Source: Bugula neritina (Eukaryota > Animalia > Bryozoa). From it: 64,000 bases of DNA. The notes under the pieces were generated by a model. It saw only the letters and a program-made list of their open reading frames with translations, was not told the origin of the DNA and made no database searches. This document shows positions 1 through 12,784 of the stretch, in pieces. The stretch covers positions 8,132,581 through 8,196,580 of the forward strand of contig OZ037767.1 of the NCBI GenBank assembly GCA_964035545.1. Reading direction: 5' to 3'. Within the stretch, counting starts at the first letter, position 1. Every line of letters begins with the position of its first letter. Made by a program: the position numbers and the translations under genes.

Positions 1-631
1 TACGTATTTTATGTGGGGTTTGGGAAGTGTCTATCTGGGATGAAACCGTGTGTTAATTGTCACAATGAAAACATAATCTTATAATTTTTATTTTTTATCA
101 AACTCAGCCACACACTATGACTGTATCTTCTCAAGAATTTCCATAATTTATCTGAATAGTCAACAAACATGTATTGAACTGCTAGAGAATTGCTTTAAGT
201 TTGTCAGTTGCATTGATAGCATGTCTAATAAATTATTTATTAATTAATTTGTTTTGAAAGCTACGGAATTATTGAATGCCATTTGCTAAATTATTAGACC
301 ATTAATCATATTTTATATTATATATAGAGTATGGCTATTCATTTGTGCTATTGCTTTGTGTCTGTTATATTGATTATAATATAAATGTACTTAGTTTGTG
401 GTTACCTCAACTGTATTGGTAGAATAGTAAATCTCAACTGTGCAACATAATAACACAGTAAGCATCACTCAATATAGTGGGATGGGCTGGTATTGAATGA
501 GTTTATACTAAGCTAGACTGTCAAACTACGTCATCTATGGCAAGGAATACGGAACGGTGCGTGCGTTGTAAGACTGGTAGTTTATACATTTATTTCAAGA
601 CAAATGACACATTGTATTATGTGTATTTCAG

Positions 632-3600
632 GAGACGAGCCAATAGAAATAAGGAGACGTCTGATGAGCTAGGACTGGATAGTTTAGGTCAGCCGCAGCC
701 ACCAAACACAGCTTCTAAACCGACATCAGTATCCAAAAAGACCACCTCAACTGCTCTGCCACCTACTGCCAGTCGTGGTGAGAAGAATTTTACTGCAATG
801 AAGGTTTCATAATCTATGAACCAATAAATACATGATGAGTCCGTAAAGGTTTACAATGCTACAAACTACATACACTAGTGTAGGATGGTGTATATCGTTA
901 AACAATGCACAATTTTTCTCCCGTTATATATGTACATTTAATTTGTAATAGTTAGAAATTTGTTTCAGTTGCAAGGAACAGCAACCCACCAGCATCTGTT
1001 GAAGATGGTTTTTATGCTAACACAAATGCAGCTCTATTCATTATTCCTATAAGTCAGCTGGAGGAATACATCACAGACTGTCAAGAAACCATCTCTGAGC
1101 ATTATAGTGTAGGTTTCTAGTTTCTACCTCTGAGCATTATAGTGTAGGTTTCTAGTTTCTACCTCTGAGCATTATAGTGTAGGTTTCTAGTTTCTACCTC
1201 TGAGCATTATAGTGTAGGTTTCTAGTTTCTAAGTCTATTATGACGGTGAAATATGTAGTACCAAGAATTTCATTGACTAGTTAATAAGAAACCTTACCTG
1301 ATTTTTCACTAAATACAAAGCGCATTCACAAATATTTGTTTAATGAGACTTTAACTGTGTTGATATTTAGCTTTTGATCACTATCATACCAGAATGGGAA
1401 AGCAATAGCTATTTTATACGATATAACACATATTCCTATAAAAGCACCAATATTTTTGGTTGGGGCGTGGGTTGGAATTTTTGCTAAGAACATGAATTCT
1501 TTTGCTACATTTCTAATCTAAAACACAGGCTTTTCTCAATTTCTTCATCACTGCACCTACCTCAGTTTTTTTACAATTATAGTTTCAATATTGAATTCAA
1601 CACATAATCTTGTTAGTTGAGCTACTGCATTTAGTGTTATATCGTAAACCTACAGTTCTATTGTTTTTTAGATGTTGATGGCAATTCCAGACCCCAACAT
1701 GTCCATAGCGCTCCTTCCAGAAAACAAAGGCAAGAATAGGTATAAAGGACTTTATCCAGGTCAGCCATTTATTTCTTGATGGGTTAACTGATATCATAAC
1801 TGGTTAGTTAAACAGAGCTAATGTTTCCTATGCTGCGAAATGAATCCATATATTATTATTTCTCAGCTCTGTAAGCTACACTAGCCTGATATATCGTCAA
1901 ATATTAAGAAAACTGTAGTGTTGAAATTACCTAATAGTCCTGTGGTGTAATGGCTAGTCAGCCTGCTTGCAAGCCAGGGGGTCCTTGGGTTCAATCTCAG
2001 TTGGGGCAATTGTTTTTTATGAAAACAATTTTTCTTTCAGAGAATTTGCACCGAGTTAAGCTGAATAGACCAAACGGCTCAGACTACATCAACGCAACAT
2101 ACTTGGAGGTGAGTTCATTTTTTTGCAGGTGAATTATCGTCTTATTCCTTGTTCTACAGTATCATGGAGAAGTTTTGGCAGTTGAGTTACACTTTAAACT
2201 ACTATTGCTGCTCAGTCTATAGTATAGTTAATGTGAAGCCATTATTTCCCTGATCAAAGCTGGTCGTTTATTTAACTTGGATCTTAGATTTATCCATGGA
2301 GATAAGATATTAATTAGGCTTATAGTTCCTTTACCTTGATATGGTAAACTGACTTGAATGCACTTGGTTATGTATTGCTGTATTTTATCAACAAGGGTTA
2401 CTACAGAGATAATCACTACATTGCTGCTCAAGGTAAGATGGCTTGATTGAGTAAACAGCAACGTTCTGAACTAGCTTCATCACACACATACATATATACA
2501 CACATACATATATACACACACATACCATACATACATACGCATTCACATATACATAGACGTATACAATGTGTATGTATATGTATCTGTGTGTATGTATATG
2601 TGTATGTATGTATATGCGTATGTATGTATATTATACATACATATGCATATACATACATACACATATACATACACATAGATACATATACATGTACATATAT
2701 ACACATATACATACACACAGATACATGTACATACACACATAGACAACACACATACTAATGGACCACATGTTTTGTGGTATTTGATGTATTAGTAAGATAC
2801 AAAGGATCACTTTTTCTGCTTCAATAATTGATATAAAGATGGTGGCAAATAATTTGAATCTTTTCTATTTCAATTATGATAGATTGACCAACTGAAAGTA
2901 CAACAGCAGACTAATTTTGTGTTGTATGTGATTTAGTTCCACTGTTATTCATATGATTTGAAAGCTTCCAGAAGATTCTTTGTCGGCTGCATAAATGGCC
3001 TCAGCATAAATTTTTTCATTACTACAGAGTGTAATAACTGTATTTATAACTAGCATTTGTAACTTTCCATCTATCTAACAACTTTAGATTTCCTTTGTAG
3101 TGGCTAGATCTAGCATTGTGATTAGCTAAATCATCATTCTATTATTCAAACTTTTTTTGGAATTTTTTACATAATATAAAGCCTCACTCACTCATGAATA
3201 TTTATTAGTCACACTTGTGATATTTCAAGCCATTCTTGCTTTTTTTCCGAGTTCCTTCAATTTATTTTGGAAGAGCTTCTAAATTATAAAATATAAATAC
3301 ATTTTTGATGATGTTACTGAGAATATTACCATCATAATATTGTTATTACCATGAAGAGATGCTCACCATTGTTATATATGTATTTAACTGTTTAAGGTGC
3401 CACTCAAACTACTGTTAATGACTTCTGGTTTATGATATGGCAAGAGCATCCAAGCGCTATTATTATGGTGACACAGGCCATGGAAAATGGGAAGGTAGTT
3501 AGAATACAATATCGAATATATTATAATATTTAGAGTATTAATTAGTTGTTCTTTAGAAAATAGCTATAGTTATGTTGTGCCTTTATCAATATAGAATGCT

Positions 3601-6600
3601 GCATCATTATTATAGTGTTCCTAGAAAATCACAAGAGTACAACTTGTTGAACTTAAAACTCTCTAATTGAATGTGTATGAGATGGTTTGTTTTATTCATT
3701 AGTGAAAAAGATTTAAAATGCCTTTTGGATAAAGCTTAATGCTTTAATTTCAACTTTTACTTAGAGATACAGTTGAATGTATACAAGTAAACTTTTTGTC
3801 TGTAATATCTATATATAATTTCATGTTAGCCAGATCATGAACTGTCATATGTATTCTATGCAACATAGATATACATTAAGCCTCATGCTAGTTTAATACC
3901 ATTAGGTTTATATGTGTGAAATTTTGTTTCGTTCAATTGAAAATGTTGTGATAATGATTATACCTTTAACTTACTCTTATGGTGGTAACCCAATGAGACT
4001 CGTTTTACTTCTACAGCTCAAGTGTTTCCAGTACTGGCCTGAAAATCATGAAGAGGAAATGGTGTTTGGTGACATTTCAGTTGTCCTCCAGTCCACAGAC
4101 GTGTGGGCAGATTATGCTATCAGGACGCTACGAGTGACTAAGGTAACTTCTACCACGTGATGCTATCAAACCTTCACATAACCTATTTCAAAATTGAAGT
4201 GTAAAAGTCTAAAATTGCTGCAAAATGTCTTCTGGCAAACTTTAAAATAATTTTGTTCATCACCTGTACGATGAAATAAATCAGGCTAAAATATTTGAAT
4301 AAACTATTATAAAGGTATGATTGGCCAAACAAACAACATTATAGTTGTAATTTATGAAAAGTACAGGCAACATTTCAAAAACTGAGTTTAAATAAGTTTA
4401 ACAAGACTTTACATTTTTAGTTTATGATTATATCAACACCTTATACTAAAAGCTGCATGCACTGATTTCATACAACTAATGCAATTTTTTTCATACTTCT
4501 TTGAAAAATAATATTATTTAAATATAATTTTACATGAAGTACATTATGTGCATTACACACCATGAGTATTTAAGATATTTTGTAGACTATCATGTTACTA
4601 AAATATTTTATGTTTCTGCTTTCCATCTGTTTGCTGCTGTACACTGTAAACACCTGATAGACTGAAGCTGCTTTCTTTAGGATTCTGAGACTAGAGTAAT
4701 AAAGCACTACAACTACATTGGATGGCCCGACCACGGTGTGCCTGATGATATGGGACCTTTCATCATATTCTATCAGAAGATAAAGTTGGCTACTAAAAGA
4801 TATGAAAAGAGGCCATTACTTGTTCACTGCAGGTTCGGATTTTAAGTTTTTTACAGTCCATTTCCTGTTTTAATAAATTAACCAGTTTCAGCAATTGTTT
4901 TTTATTTTCGTTTAAGTAAGCTTTATATGAGTATTTAAGCATGGAATAACTAGTTTCAAATGTGTGTTGTTTACAATGGACTGTTTTTAAATGTTTTACA
5001 TAACAAAGATTCTGGCATATAATCGAATGTTTGATCATGGTAATACTTCAAAGTTATTAAAGATATGGTGTAGTAATTAGTATAATACAGATAGTGCTAC
5101 CACACGTAATATTTTCACTACACTGCTTCTGTTTCTCTATACTCAAACCAGTTTCTTCATTAATGATGAGCACGTTGTGTACTAGTGACACATTTTATTA
5201 TGACACAGTTTTAATGCTTCTCCCAGGTAATTAAAAACTGCTCTCACCTTTGTAATTGAATATAAAAAAACTAGTATAAAATACATTGTTGTATTATTTA
5301 TTCAATTCTAGTGCTGGGGTAGGAAGAACAGGAACATACGTAGCCTTGGATTACCTGTTACAGCAGGCCAAGTCGGAGAATGTCATCAACCCTTATTCTT
5401 TCGTCAAGGGCATGAGGCTAAGAAGACCGATGATGATCCAAAGTGTTGTAAGTTCAGCTTTAGACTTCTATTGAAACCTGCAGAAGGTGTGCCACAGTTT
5501 CAGTAAAAACGTCATTACTGAAATTTAAGGGATATATAATACAAAGCAGCTTTTTCAATGGTGATTATTACTAAAATCAAAAGAAACTCATGCCAGTTTA
5601 TAGTCACCATCCCTGTGGGAAGCCCCTGATGGAAGAGATTTTTTGGTAAATTGGGCTATGGACTTATTCAGATGGGCACAGGAGCAATTATGACTGGATG
5701 CGCTTCCTTAACATCATCAATGGCCTTTACTGGGGTTCAAAATCATGACTTTGGGGTTTACAAAGCGAACGTTCTAACCCTTAAGCCATGGCTGCTTCCT
5801 GGTGATTATTATTAAAATGTTATAATTGCATTAGGCTACCTGCCAAATATCTTGTAATTTTTGGCTATAGGAGCAGTATCAGTTCTTACACCAAGCAGTT
5901 TACGAGCAGAGAGCAACCACAGGCTTCGTATCGACCCCTAACGACCTAGTGACTAAGATCACCACATTCGAACAGAATCAAGGCTCTTCCAATGACATTA
6001 TTTCTCAAGAATTCTGGGTAATATTTTGCAATTTTTCGACATTTCACTCTTATTTTTATCAGTTTACCTATAATTTGTAATTTGATGGCTATAGTAGAGA
6101 AAAATTTAAAAACTCAAATCTTTGAAATGTTCAAATTTTTTTTACGTCACAGTTTTGACAAATTTGTGTTTTTGAAAGAGAGATTGGGCCAAATTTGTCT
6201 AAAGATATTTCTTTGTGTTTTATTGAATTTTTTATGCTGCGAGACAATAATTTTGTCACTATTGACGTTTATCATACTTTTACATTTTATTTTAATTTTA
6301 GCACATTGAGAAGAAAGTCAAAATGGCCAAATTTGACTTTTCATTTGGTAAAGATTCTGCCAATAAAGAGAAAAACAGGTTTTCTGAAATACTGCCAGGT
6401 GAGAAGTTAATGATATACACATAGCTTTACAAATATGAAGGATAATAACCTCTATGTGCACTGCTAGTGTGATATAGATATAGTGCAATGAATTGCCTTC
6501 ACTTCTGTCAAACACTGCGGCAGGATGTAAGTGCATACCTCATTGCATTGCAATATATTGGCAGTTAAATGCTTTTAAAAATTCTACTCAAACTGTAACT

Positions 6601-9600
6601 ATGCAGCAGTATTTCAAGATAGCTTCTGGTATGCTGATTGGTTATTTTGTAGACCAATCAACAGCTCACTCCATTGTTGTAATAGCATTTATCTTGTTTC
6701 ATGTAATCATTTTATAAAAGTGTTATGTAAGAGGATGTAAACACGCCATTTACTTGTGTAAAACTATCAACTGCGCTACTTTACTTATCTCTAAGAACAA
6801 GTTCCTGGATGTATTGTGTGCTACTTGAACATAAATCTGCAACTTCATCAGTCGATTATTCACTGCGTTGACAGTTGATAAGATTACATCTTAATTACCA
6901 TTTGAATCAAACTATTTAAAGTTTCACCCTCTGCCAGCATAAAATAATAATACTTCATAGCCTTCAACTTATGAAATTATAGTGTTTTATTGACAATCCA
7001 ATATGATGTTCATAACTTTCTGATTACAGACAGGAAGTATAGCCCGTACTTATCTGGTAATAATGGAATCTACATCAATGCTGTTTTTGTCAATGTGAGT
7101 ACCGAGTGGCTGAAGACACCATTTTATGATGTGTAGTTTAGCATGTATAGCATGAGTAGAGATCATATAACCTGACGAATAACAACTGTTCAGTTTTTTC
7201 ATTCAGCTCAATTATACTTGTCATAAAGCCATATGATTTTTAGCAAGGTAGCCGAGATAGAATGTTTGAAATTGCATTGGAATACATAATATAATGTTAG
7301 TGTGTTTATAATGATGACATTGTAGAAGTTGATAGATTTTTGTCAACTCAAGTAACACGTATTGAATGTAAAAGAAATGATGGCATGCCAATTTTATGTC
7401 CGTTTAGATAAATTATTAATAATAAATCTCACAATAAATTAAATGTTTTACTAACTAAGGTTACTGGAATAACATATTTGTACCTTGTACTTACTCTGAT
7501 ATGAGAATCATGCTTATGGTAGACGTACAGAGAAAAGAACCAGTGGCTGGCTACACAACTTCCACTTTCTAATACTGTTGTTGACTTCTGGCAAATGGTT
7601 GAGGACCAAGACGTTAAAGTCATTCTACAGCTAGATGCCTACCAGGTTAGATGATAAACAATGCCGAAGTGTCAATTCTACCTGAGATATTGTTTGCTGA
7701 AATTATTTTTATTGTTCATGAACCAGTGACACTTTAAAGCATGCATAAATTGTCACGTAATGGGAAAGCCCTATGCAGATTACCTAAACACAACACAAAC
7801 ATTAACAACAGTCACACTGATGATACCAGACTATTGACATATGCGAGGAATTTTGTCAGGCAGGAGAGTTGTCTCCTTTATGTGTCATGCTGTTCAATGT
7901 CATACTTTAGATACCATTTTACCCAAGAGCAGACGATGAACAAATGACAGAAGGGTCTTTCACCATCCACAGAATCAAAACAGAAAACTTGGAGTCTGTT
8001 ACCAATATTGCTCTTCAGATAAAATCAAAGAAGGTTGATTTCACATTTCATTTTATAGTCTCTTTATTTCTTGGCTATTTATGTACAAACATTATACTAT
8101 TTCATTACAGTAAGCTATTAGAATGTTCTCACATTTGTAGGTAAGATATTTTATGTACATGTGGGTTATTTAAAAACATTAAATAGGGATACTGTTTAAT
8201 TGAATGATGCGTCAAAAATACTTTGTAAAATAACTCAGGTTATAAAAGGTTGCAGAACAACAATGAGAAACTAAGTTTTGGAATATCATTCCAGAAATAG
8301 TGCTCTATTTGCCTTGTTTTTTTAGAAACACAGAAAGATCTCAGAATTGTGTGCAAAACTAAAAAAATCATAGTATTTAATTTACAGGAATGTTAATACT
8401 AATATTTTGTTACAGAAGAGAATCGAGATAACCGTTGTGTTGGTGAAGGCGTGGGAGGCTGGCCTACCTCCAATCCAAACCATCCTAAATCTAAAGGAGG
8501 CTCTGGAGAAAGCTCAGCAGCAAACTGGTGATCAAACAATATGCATCACTTGCAAGTAAGTGTGCTGGTTTATGTGCTACAGTGTCACTGTGTTACCAAT
8601 TCCCTATGGTTGTGGTTTCATTAGATTAGCACTATCCTGATGCATCAAACAAAAAGTTCATTTGCATAATGCCAAGCATAGGAGGTTGGTGTATGTAGCT
8701 TTTGGACTCCCAACACATATTATATAACTGTTAGAAATCAAGCCAATTATAAATTGATTGTTTAGATTTAGTAATTTCAATGCACCTTAGCTTGAGTTAT
8801 AGAATAGCAGTCAGGATAGCAGTGAGGTATAATAAAGGCTAATAGATGTAGCATAATCAGTCAACTGAAAAGATAAGTAATGCAACTACAGCAGACAATA
8901 AGCTATTAAAAGCAGAGGTGTCCAACCTTTTTCGAGGGAAGACCACTGAAAGGGAACATCATGGTTGTGAGGGCCACATTGTAAACATTAGCTTGTGCTG
9001 GGGGCCACAGCATCAGTATTTTTCAAGTTACTTTATTCTAAACTCTTATAAATCATTACACAATGAAGTCCCAATAGTGAATGCAGGCTGCATGTTTTGT
9101 AGCGTGTGTAGAAATAAGGCATTTAAAAGGTGGTTTTCTACTCTAATTCATATACAGTGTAGAAAATAATTTTATGTGTTATGTGTTTGAGGGCCACATA
9201 CATGTAGGCTGGGGCCACAGTCGGCCCTGAGGTCACCTGTTGGACAGCCCTACTCTAAACTGTTCCGTTAGGTTGAATCGAGCTCATTTTAAAAAAGATT
9301 AAATACTCTCTTAATTCTTATCATCTACACTAGGACGTCATTTTATTCTGTAAAAAGTGTATATATGGCAAAAAGCGTTTGACATAGATGTAAATGTAAC
9401 AACTGTTTCACTCATTATATTATAAAATATTCAGTGTTCAAATCAAAAAGCAACTGGAAAAAAAAATATAGTAGCCATGGTAAATTTATAATTTATGTTT
9501 GTGTTATCAGCAATGGCAGCAGTAGATGTGGACTGTATATCTGCTGTGATAATGCCATAGAGAAGATGAAGACTGAGCAGGAAGCTGACGTGTTCAATGC

Positions 9601-9843
9601 TGTACTCATGGCCAAACATAGACGACCACAATTTATTCCTTCTCTGGTATGTGTCTAGAATGTGGTAATAATTATTATTACATATAACTCTGCTTTCTGG
9701 ACAGTGCTATATGTAGCGTGTATATTACAATCATCTGCTTAAACAACTTTTTTGATGCTTTCAGTATTTATAACAGTATATAGGTTTTTTCATATCATAT
9801 CATAATCATGTGTGTTTGTACGCTTTGTATCTATACACTGTAT

Positions 9844-9883
<40 letters not shown>

Positions 9884-10105
9884 GCATAAATCAGCTGTGG
9901 TATAATAGTACTGTTGAGTGTTGTGTTAATTATAATAAAACCACTTACATTATTTAGCAAAAATAACATATGGTGTAGAGCCATATATCACTATTATCTG
10001 AGTAAAGCCTATCGTGTCATTGTATTGTAGGAGCACTATGCGTTTGTGTACGAGACCCTGAAGAGTTACACAGATGCATTCTCTGAATACGCCAACTTTA
10101 AATAA
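632..10105 (+). CDS. Receptor-type protein tyrosine phosphatase (RPTP alpha/epsilon-like), cytoplasmic part with catalytic D1 and degenerate D2; 5' exons lie upstream of the window
   Basis: 17 phase-consistent GT-AG exons: 632-777, 969-1108, 1672-1759, 2041-2108, 2396-2432, 3397-3494, 4017-4142, 4681-4832, 5312-5447, 5871-6017, 6302-6398, 7030-7094, 7523-7645, 7911-8033, 8416-8555, 9511-9646, 10031-10105 (TAA). D1 motifs: KNRY, DYINA, YIAAQG, DFWFMIW, KCFQYWP, WPDHGVP, VHCSAGVGRTG, IQSVEQY. D2 motifs: KNRF, YINAVFV, DFWQMV, ITCNNGSSRCG, with no WPD. The C-terminus FSEYANFK* resembles the PTPRA/PTPRE tail. Confidence 0.93.
1093..1231 (+). repeat. Four tandem copies of a 35-bp unit spanning an exon-intron junction of the PTP gene
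   Basis: Unit CTCTGAGCATTATAGT|GTAGGTTTCTAGTTTCTAC starts at 1093, 1128, 1163 and 1198; the copies are identical apart from the final base of the last. Confidence 0.95.
1937..2008 (+). pseudogene. Degenerate tRNA-like element (tRNA pseudogene or SINE head) in a PTP intron
   Basis: A-box TGGTGTAATGG, B-box-like GGTTCAATC and an anticodon-like arm CCTGC-TTGCAAG-CCAGG, followed by a T-run. The acceptor stem pairs poorly and the T-loop is one base short, so it is not a functional tRNA. Confidence 0.6.
2481..2755. repeat. Compound (CA/TA/TG)n microsatellite-like tract
   Basis: Alternating purine-pyrimidine repeats (CATA, CACATA, TGTA); it explains the spurious ORFs at 2428-2758. Confidence 0.9.
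5578..5799 (-). mobile_element. tRNA-derived SINE (about 220 bp) with a 19-bp target-site duplication
   Basis: The minus strand starts with a tRNA-like head (A-box TGGCTTAAGGG, B-box-like ATTTTGAACCC), then an unrelated body. It is flanked by direct repeats TGGTGATTATTACTAAAAT (5559-5577) and TGGTGATTATTATTAAAAT (5800-5818), one mismatch. Confidence 0.8.
8913..9252. mobile_element. Non-autonomous hAT(Charlie)-like MITE, copy 1
   Basis: Terminal inverted repeats CAGAGGTGTCCAAC ... GTTGGACAGCCCTA and internal GGGCCACA motifs. The reverse complement aligns along its length with 32326-32645. Confidence 0.8.
9843..9885. repeat. (CA)n microsatellite
   Basis: Visible directly in the sequence. Confidence 0.9.
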
Positions 10106-11439
10106 CTTCATTAAAGTTTCCTTTCTCTGAACTTGTCGACTTGGTGAAAAACTGCAATGATTAGGCTAGTGTATATTAGACGATTTATAATGAATAAATT
10201 ATAATCTCTGCTCCATTTTGACTATAACTGGCAGAAATTTTCCTTTAAAATGCTGTCAGGTAGTAAATCTATATTAGCTAATGATGTTCTTTGAAAATTA
10301 TTAACTAATTTATTTTATAGATAACAAAATTGATTTTATTAAACGCTATAAATCTTAAATAATATACTAAAGTCCAAAACCTATTATAATGTAACGGAAA
10401 AGTTGCAGTTTTTATATAAATTTTCCATATAATGTTTTTATGATTGCTCTTTCTGTGAGTGTAATATTTTTTATACTAGCTGCACCTATATTCACGGGTC
10501 TTTTTTATACTTGCACTACAATCTATATTTTCTGCTGACACTTAATTGCTGTTTGAGATTCAATCAATCTATACGCTAATAAATCATTATATAAAAATTA
10601 GAAAATATACAATGACTTAAAGAAAACAACATTTGATAAGCCAGTTGGTGTAGGTCCTTATCGCACTAGTTTATTTAACCATGTATAATTAATGAGCCAT
10701 TATTCATAATGGCTTCAGGTGTATATCGAATGTTAATGAGTACTGGGAGCTTCTATCAAACAGAATAACTGGTAGGCCGCACAATTGGACTTAAAATATT
10801 CAACTAATTTCGTAACTTGCACTAGTATAAACTAAAAGCTGTACAAGTTTTAGAAAATGGCATTGAAGATAAAGCTGAATAAAAAAAAGAGGTGCATGAA
10901 CAGATATCTGTTTGATGACCTACTATTTCCTTATATGATAAGCAGTCCTTTTTCTCAATTTCTGCTCAAATTACATTCAGCAAGATATATGGCATTTATT
11001 TTACATTACAAACAATTGCTGTAGCTTGCTTAATTAGAAAAAATCAATGCGCCCATTGACAAACATGAAAAAGTAATATGCATTATCACCTATAAAGAAC
11101 AGTGAAATGCATGGGATCCATTATAAATACTTCACTCTGTAAGCACCACATATAACAAAATTCTGCAACAAACATTCATCGAAGAAGCTCAGCTTTTGTC
11201 AACAACATATACATAATACTACTATATACTGTGCAAATAGTGCCCACTGATTGTCTACAGTAGATGAGTCACTTTGGATGTTGAAGTTATCTTCAAAAAC
11301 CCTAGTTGGCAGCAAGCATTCAAACTGAATAATAAACAATTGCAACTATAACATAACATTATGTATAATTATGTATAATTATACAACATAATTGTGTTTA
11401 AGGGAGTTGTCTTATAGATGTTTAGCCATGTCGGCGCTC

Positions 11440-11525
11440 AAAGGGATAATTTAAAGCGCTAGCGAGTCGTATTCAGTCAATTTTATATTTCGCAATTTTA
11501 ATTTACTTTAGAGTTAACGGTAATT
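11440..11525 (+). promoter_or_regulatory. Predicted core promoter and non-coding first exon of the beta-trefoil-like gene
   Basis: Local CpG-containing patch in a CpG-poor window, Inr-like GTATTCAGTC at 11469-11478 and donor ACG|GTAATT at 11520. A matching acceptor (AG at 12775-12776) lies 8 nt before the ATG. Confidence 0.4.
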
Positions 11526-11932
11526 TCCTCACTTTACTTACAGTTATAATTACTTTGCTGTGTGAATAGATTTATTTTATACTTGCAATATCTAAGAAAT
11601 ATATATATACTTGGCAATCATGAATTAGTTATCAATAATTTTCTGTAAATAACTAAACTAATACTGGTAACAACGCAATCACGATAATCATAATCATAAT
11701 CATAATGACTATGAGTCGGATTAATGATTAATCGTTATGATTATGATTATGGTGATCATTATGATTATCATTATGATAATCATATTATGATTATAATTTT
11801 GAAATTGAATTTCAATTTGATTAAATTTAACAAATGTTATTATTATTATGATTATCATCCAATCTTTATCTTCATCTTGTGATATTAGATTTAATCATAA
11901 TATTAATAATCATAATCATAACCATGATGATG

Positions 11933-12048
11933 ATTTTACTTTTACTACTACTACTAGTATTACTAGTACTACTACTAGTAAATCATTATCAGTGATAATG
12001 ATTTACTAGTAGTAGTAGTAGTACTAGTAGTAGTAGTAAAAATAAAAT
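11933..12048. repeat. 116-bp near-perfect palindrome (hairpin or cruciform capable)
   Basis: Perfect 25-bp arms 11967-11991 and 11993-12017 around a single-base spacer, extending to about 56 bp with two mismatches and one 3-nt bulge. Confidence 0.9.
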
Positions 12049-12784
12049 GTGTCAAGTACTAATAGTAATTGAATAGAACTAAATGATTTACTCACTACTG
12101 CTAAAGCCTAAAGTAAATGTAATTCACAACAAATTCTTCTAGTTCTAGTTCTATTGGAATACTACTTAACGAACTTATACTATTGCTACTACTGCTGCTA
12201 CTACTACTGCTACTATTAGTAGTACTGTACTAGTAAATGCACGCACACGAATATCAATATATTTGCGTAATCATAATGATTATCGTTTTGATATTGCTAT
12301 ACTTATACTTATAGTAATAGTATAGCCATATTTATGATATTAATATACAATATACGTACTTACACAGTTAGTGTTACACACACTGACACATATTAATATT
12401 GATATTATCATATTTCATGTTTTCATGTCAAAAGTGATATATATTTTTAATTTAATACTGAATGTTTTGATTAAAAATCATCTTAGGAGATTTGTTTTGT
12501 TGTTGAATATTATATACATGTATCAGTATCTCTGGACACTTCAGTTTTGCTTGATTCTGCATTAATATTCTTTTGCAATAGTACAGATCAAAACTTTCTC
12601 CAGTCAATCATTAATGTTTTCAGATTCTAGTTTTCTAGTAATATGTTGTTCAGGTTATGATAAAACAGTAGCTCAGCTTTCTTTTCCTGTATATGTCATA
12701 TCTATATCTAAGGGTTAGGTAATAATGCTGCTTGTTATTCTAAGGAACATAGTCACCCATGCCATTTTGAATTTAGGGCACAAT

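Noticed and set aside
1937-2008. Functional tRNA-Cys or tRNA-Ala gene
   Set aside because: Mispaired acceptor and anticodon stems and a 6-nt T-loop; kept only as a pseudogene or SINE head.
2428-2758. ORFs rich in C, V, Y, M or H, T, Y, I (likewise 49196-49493 and 9790-9984)
   Set aside because: They are microsatellite translations.
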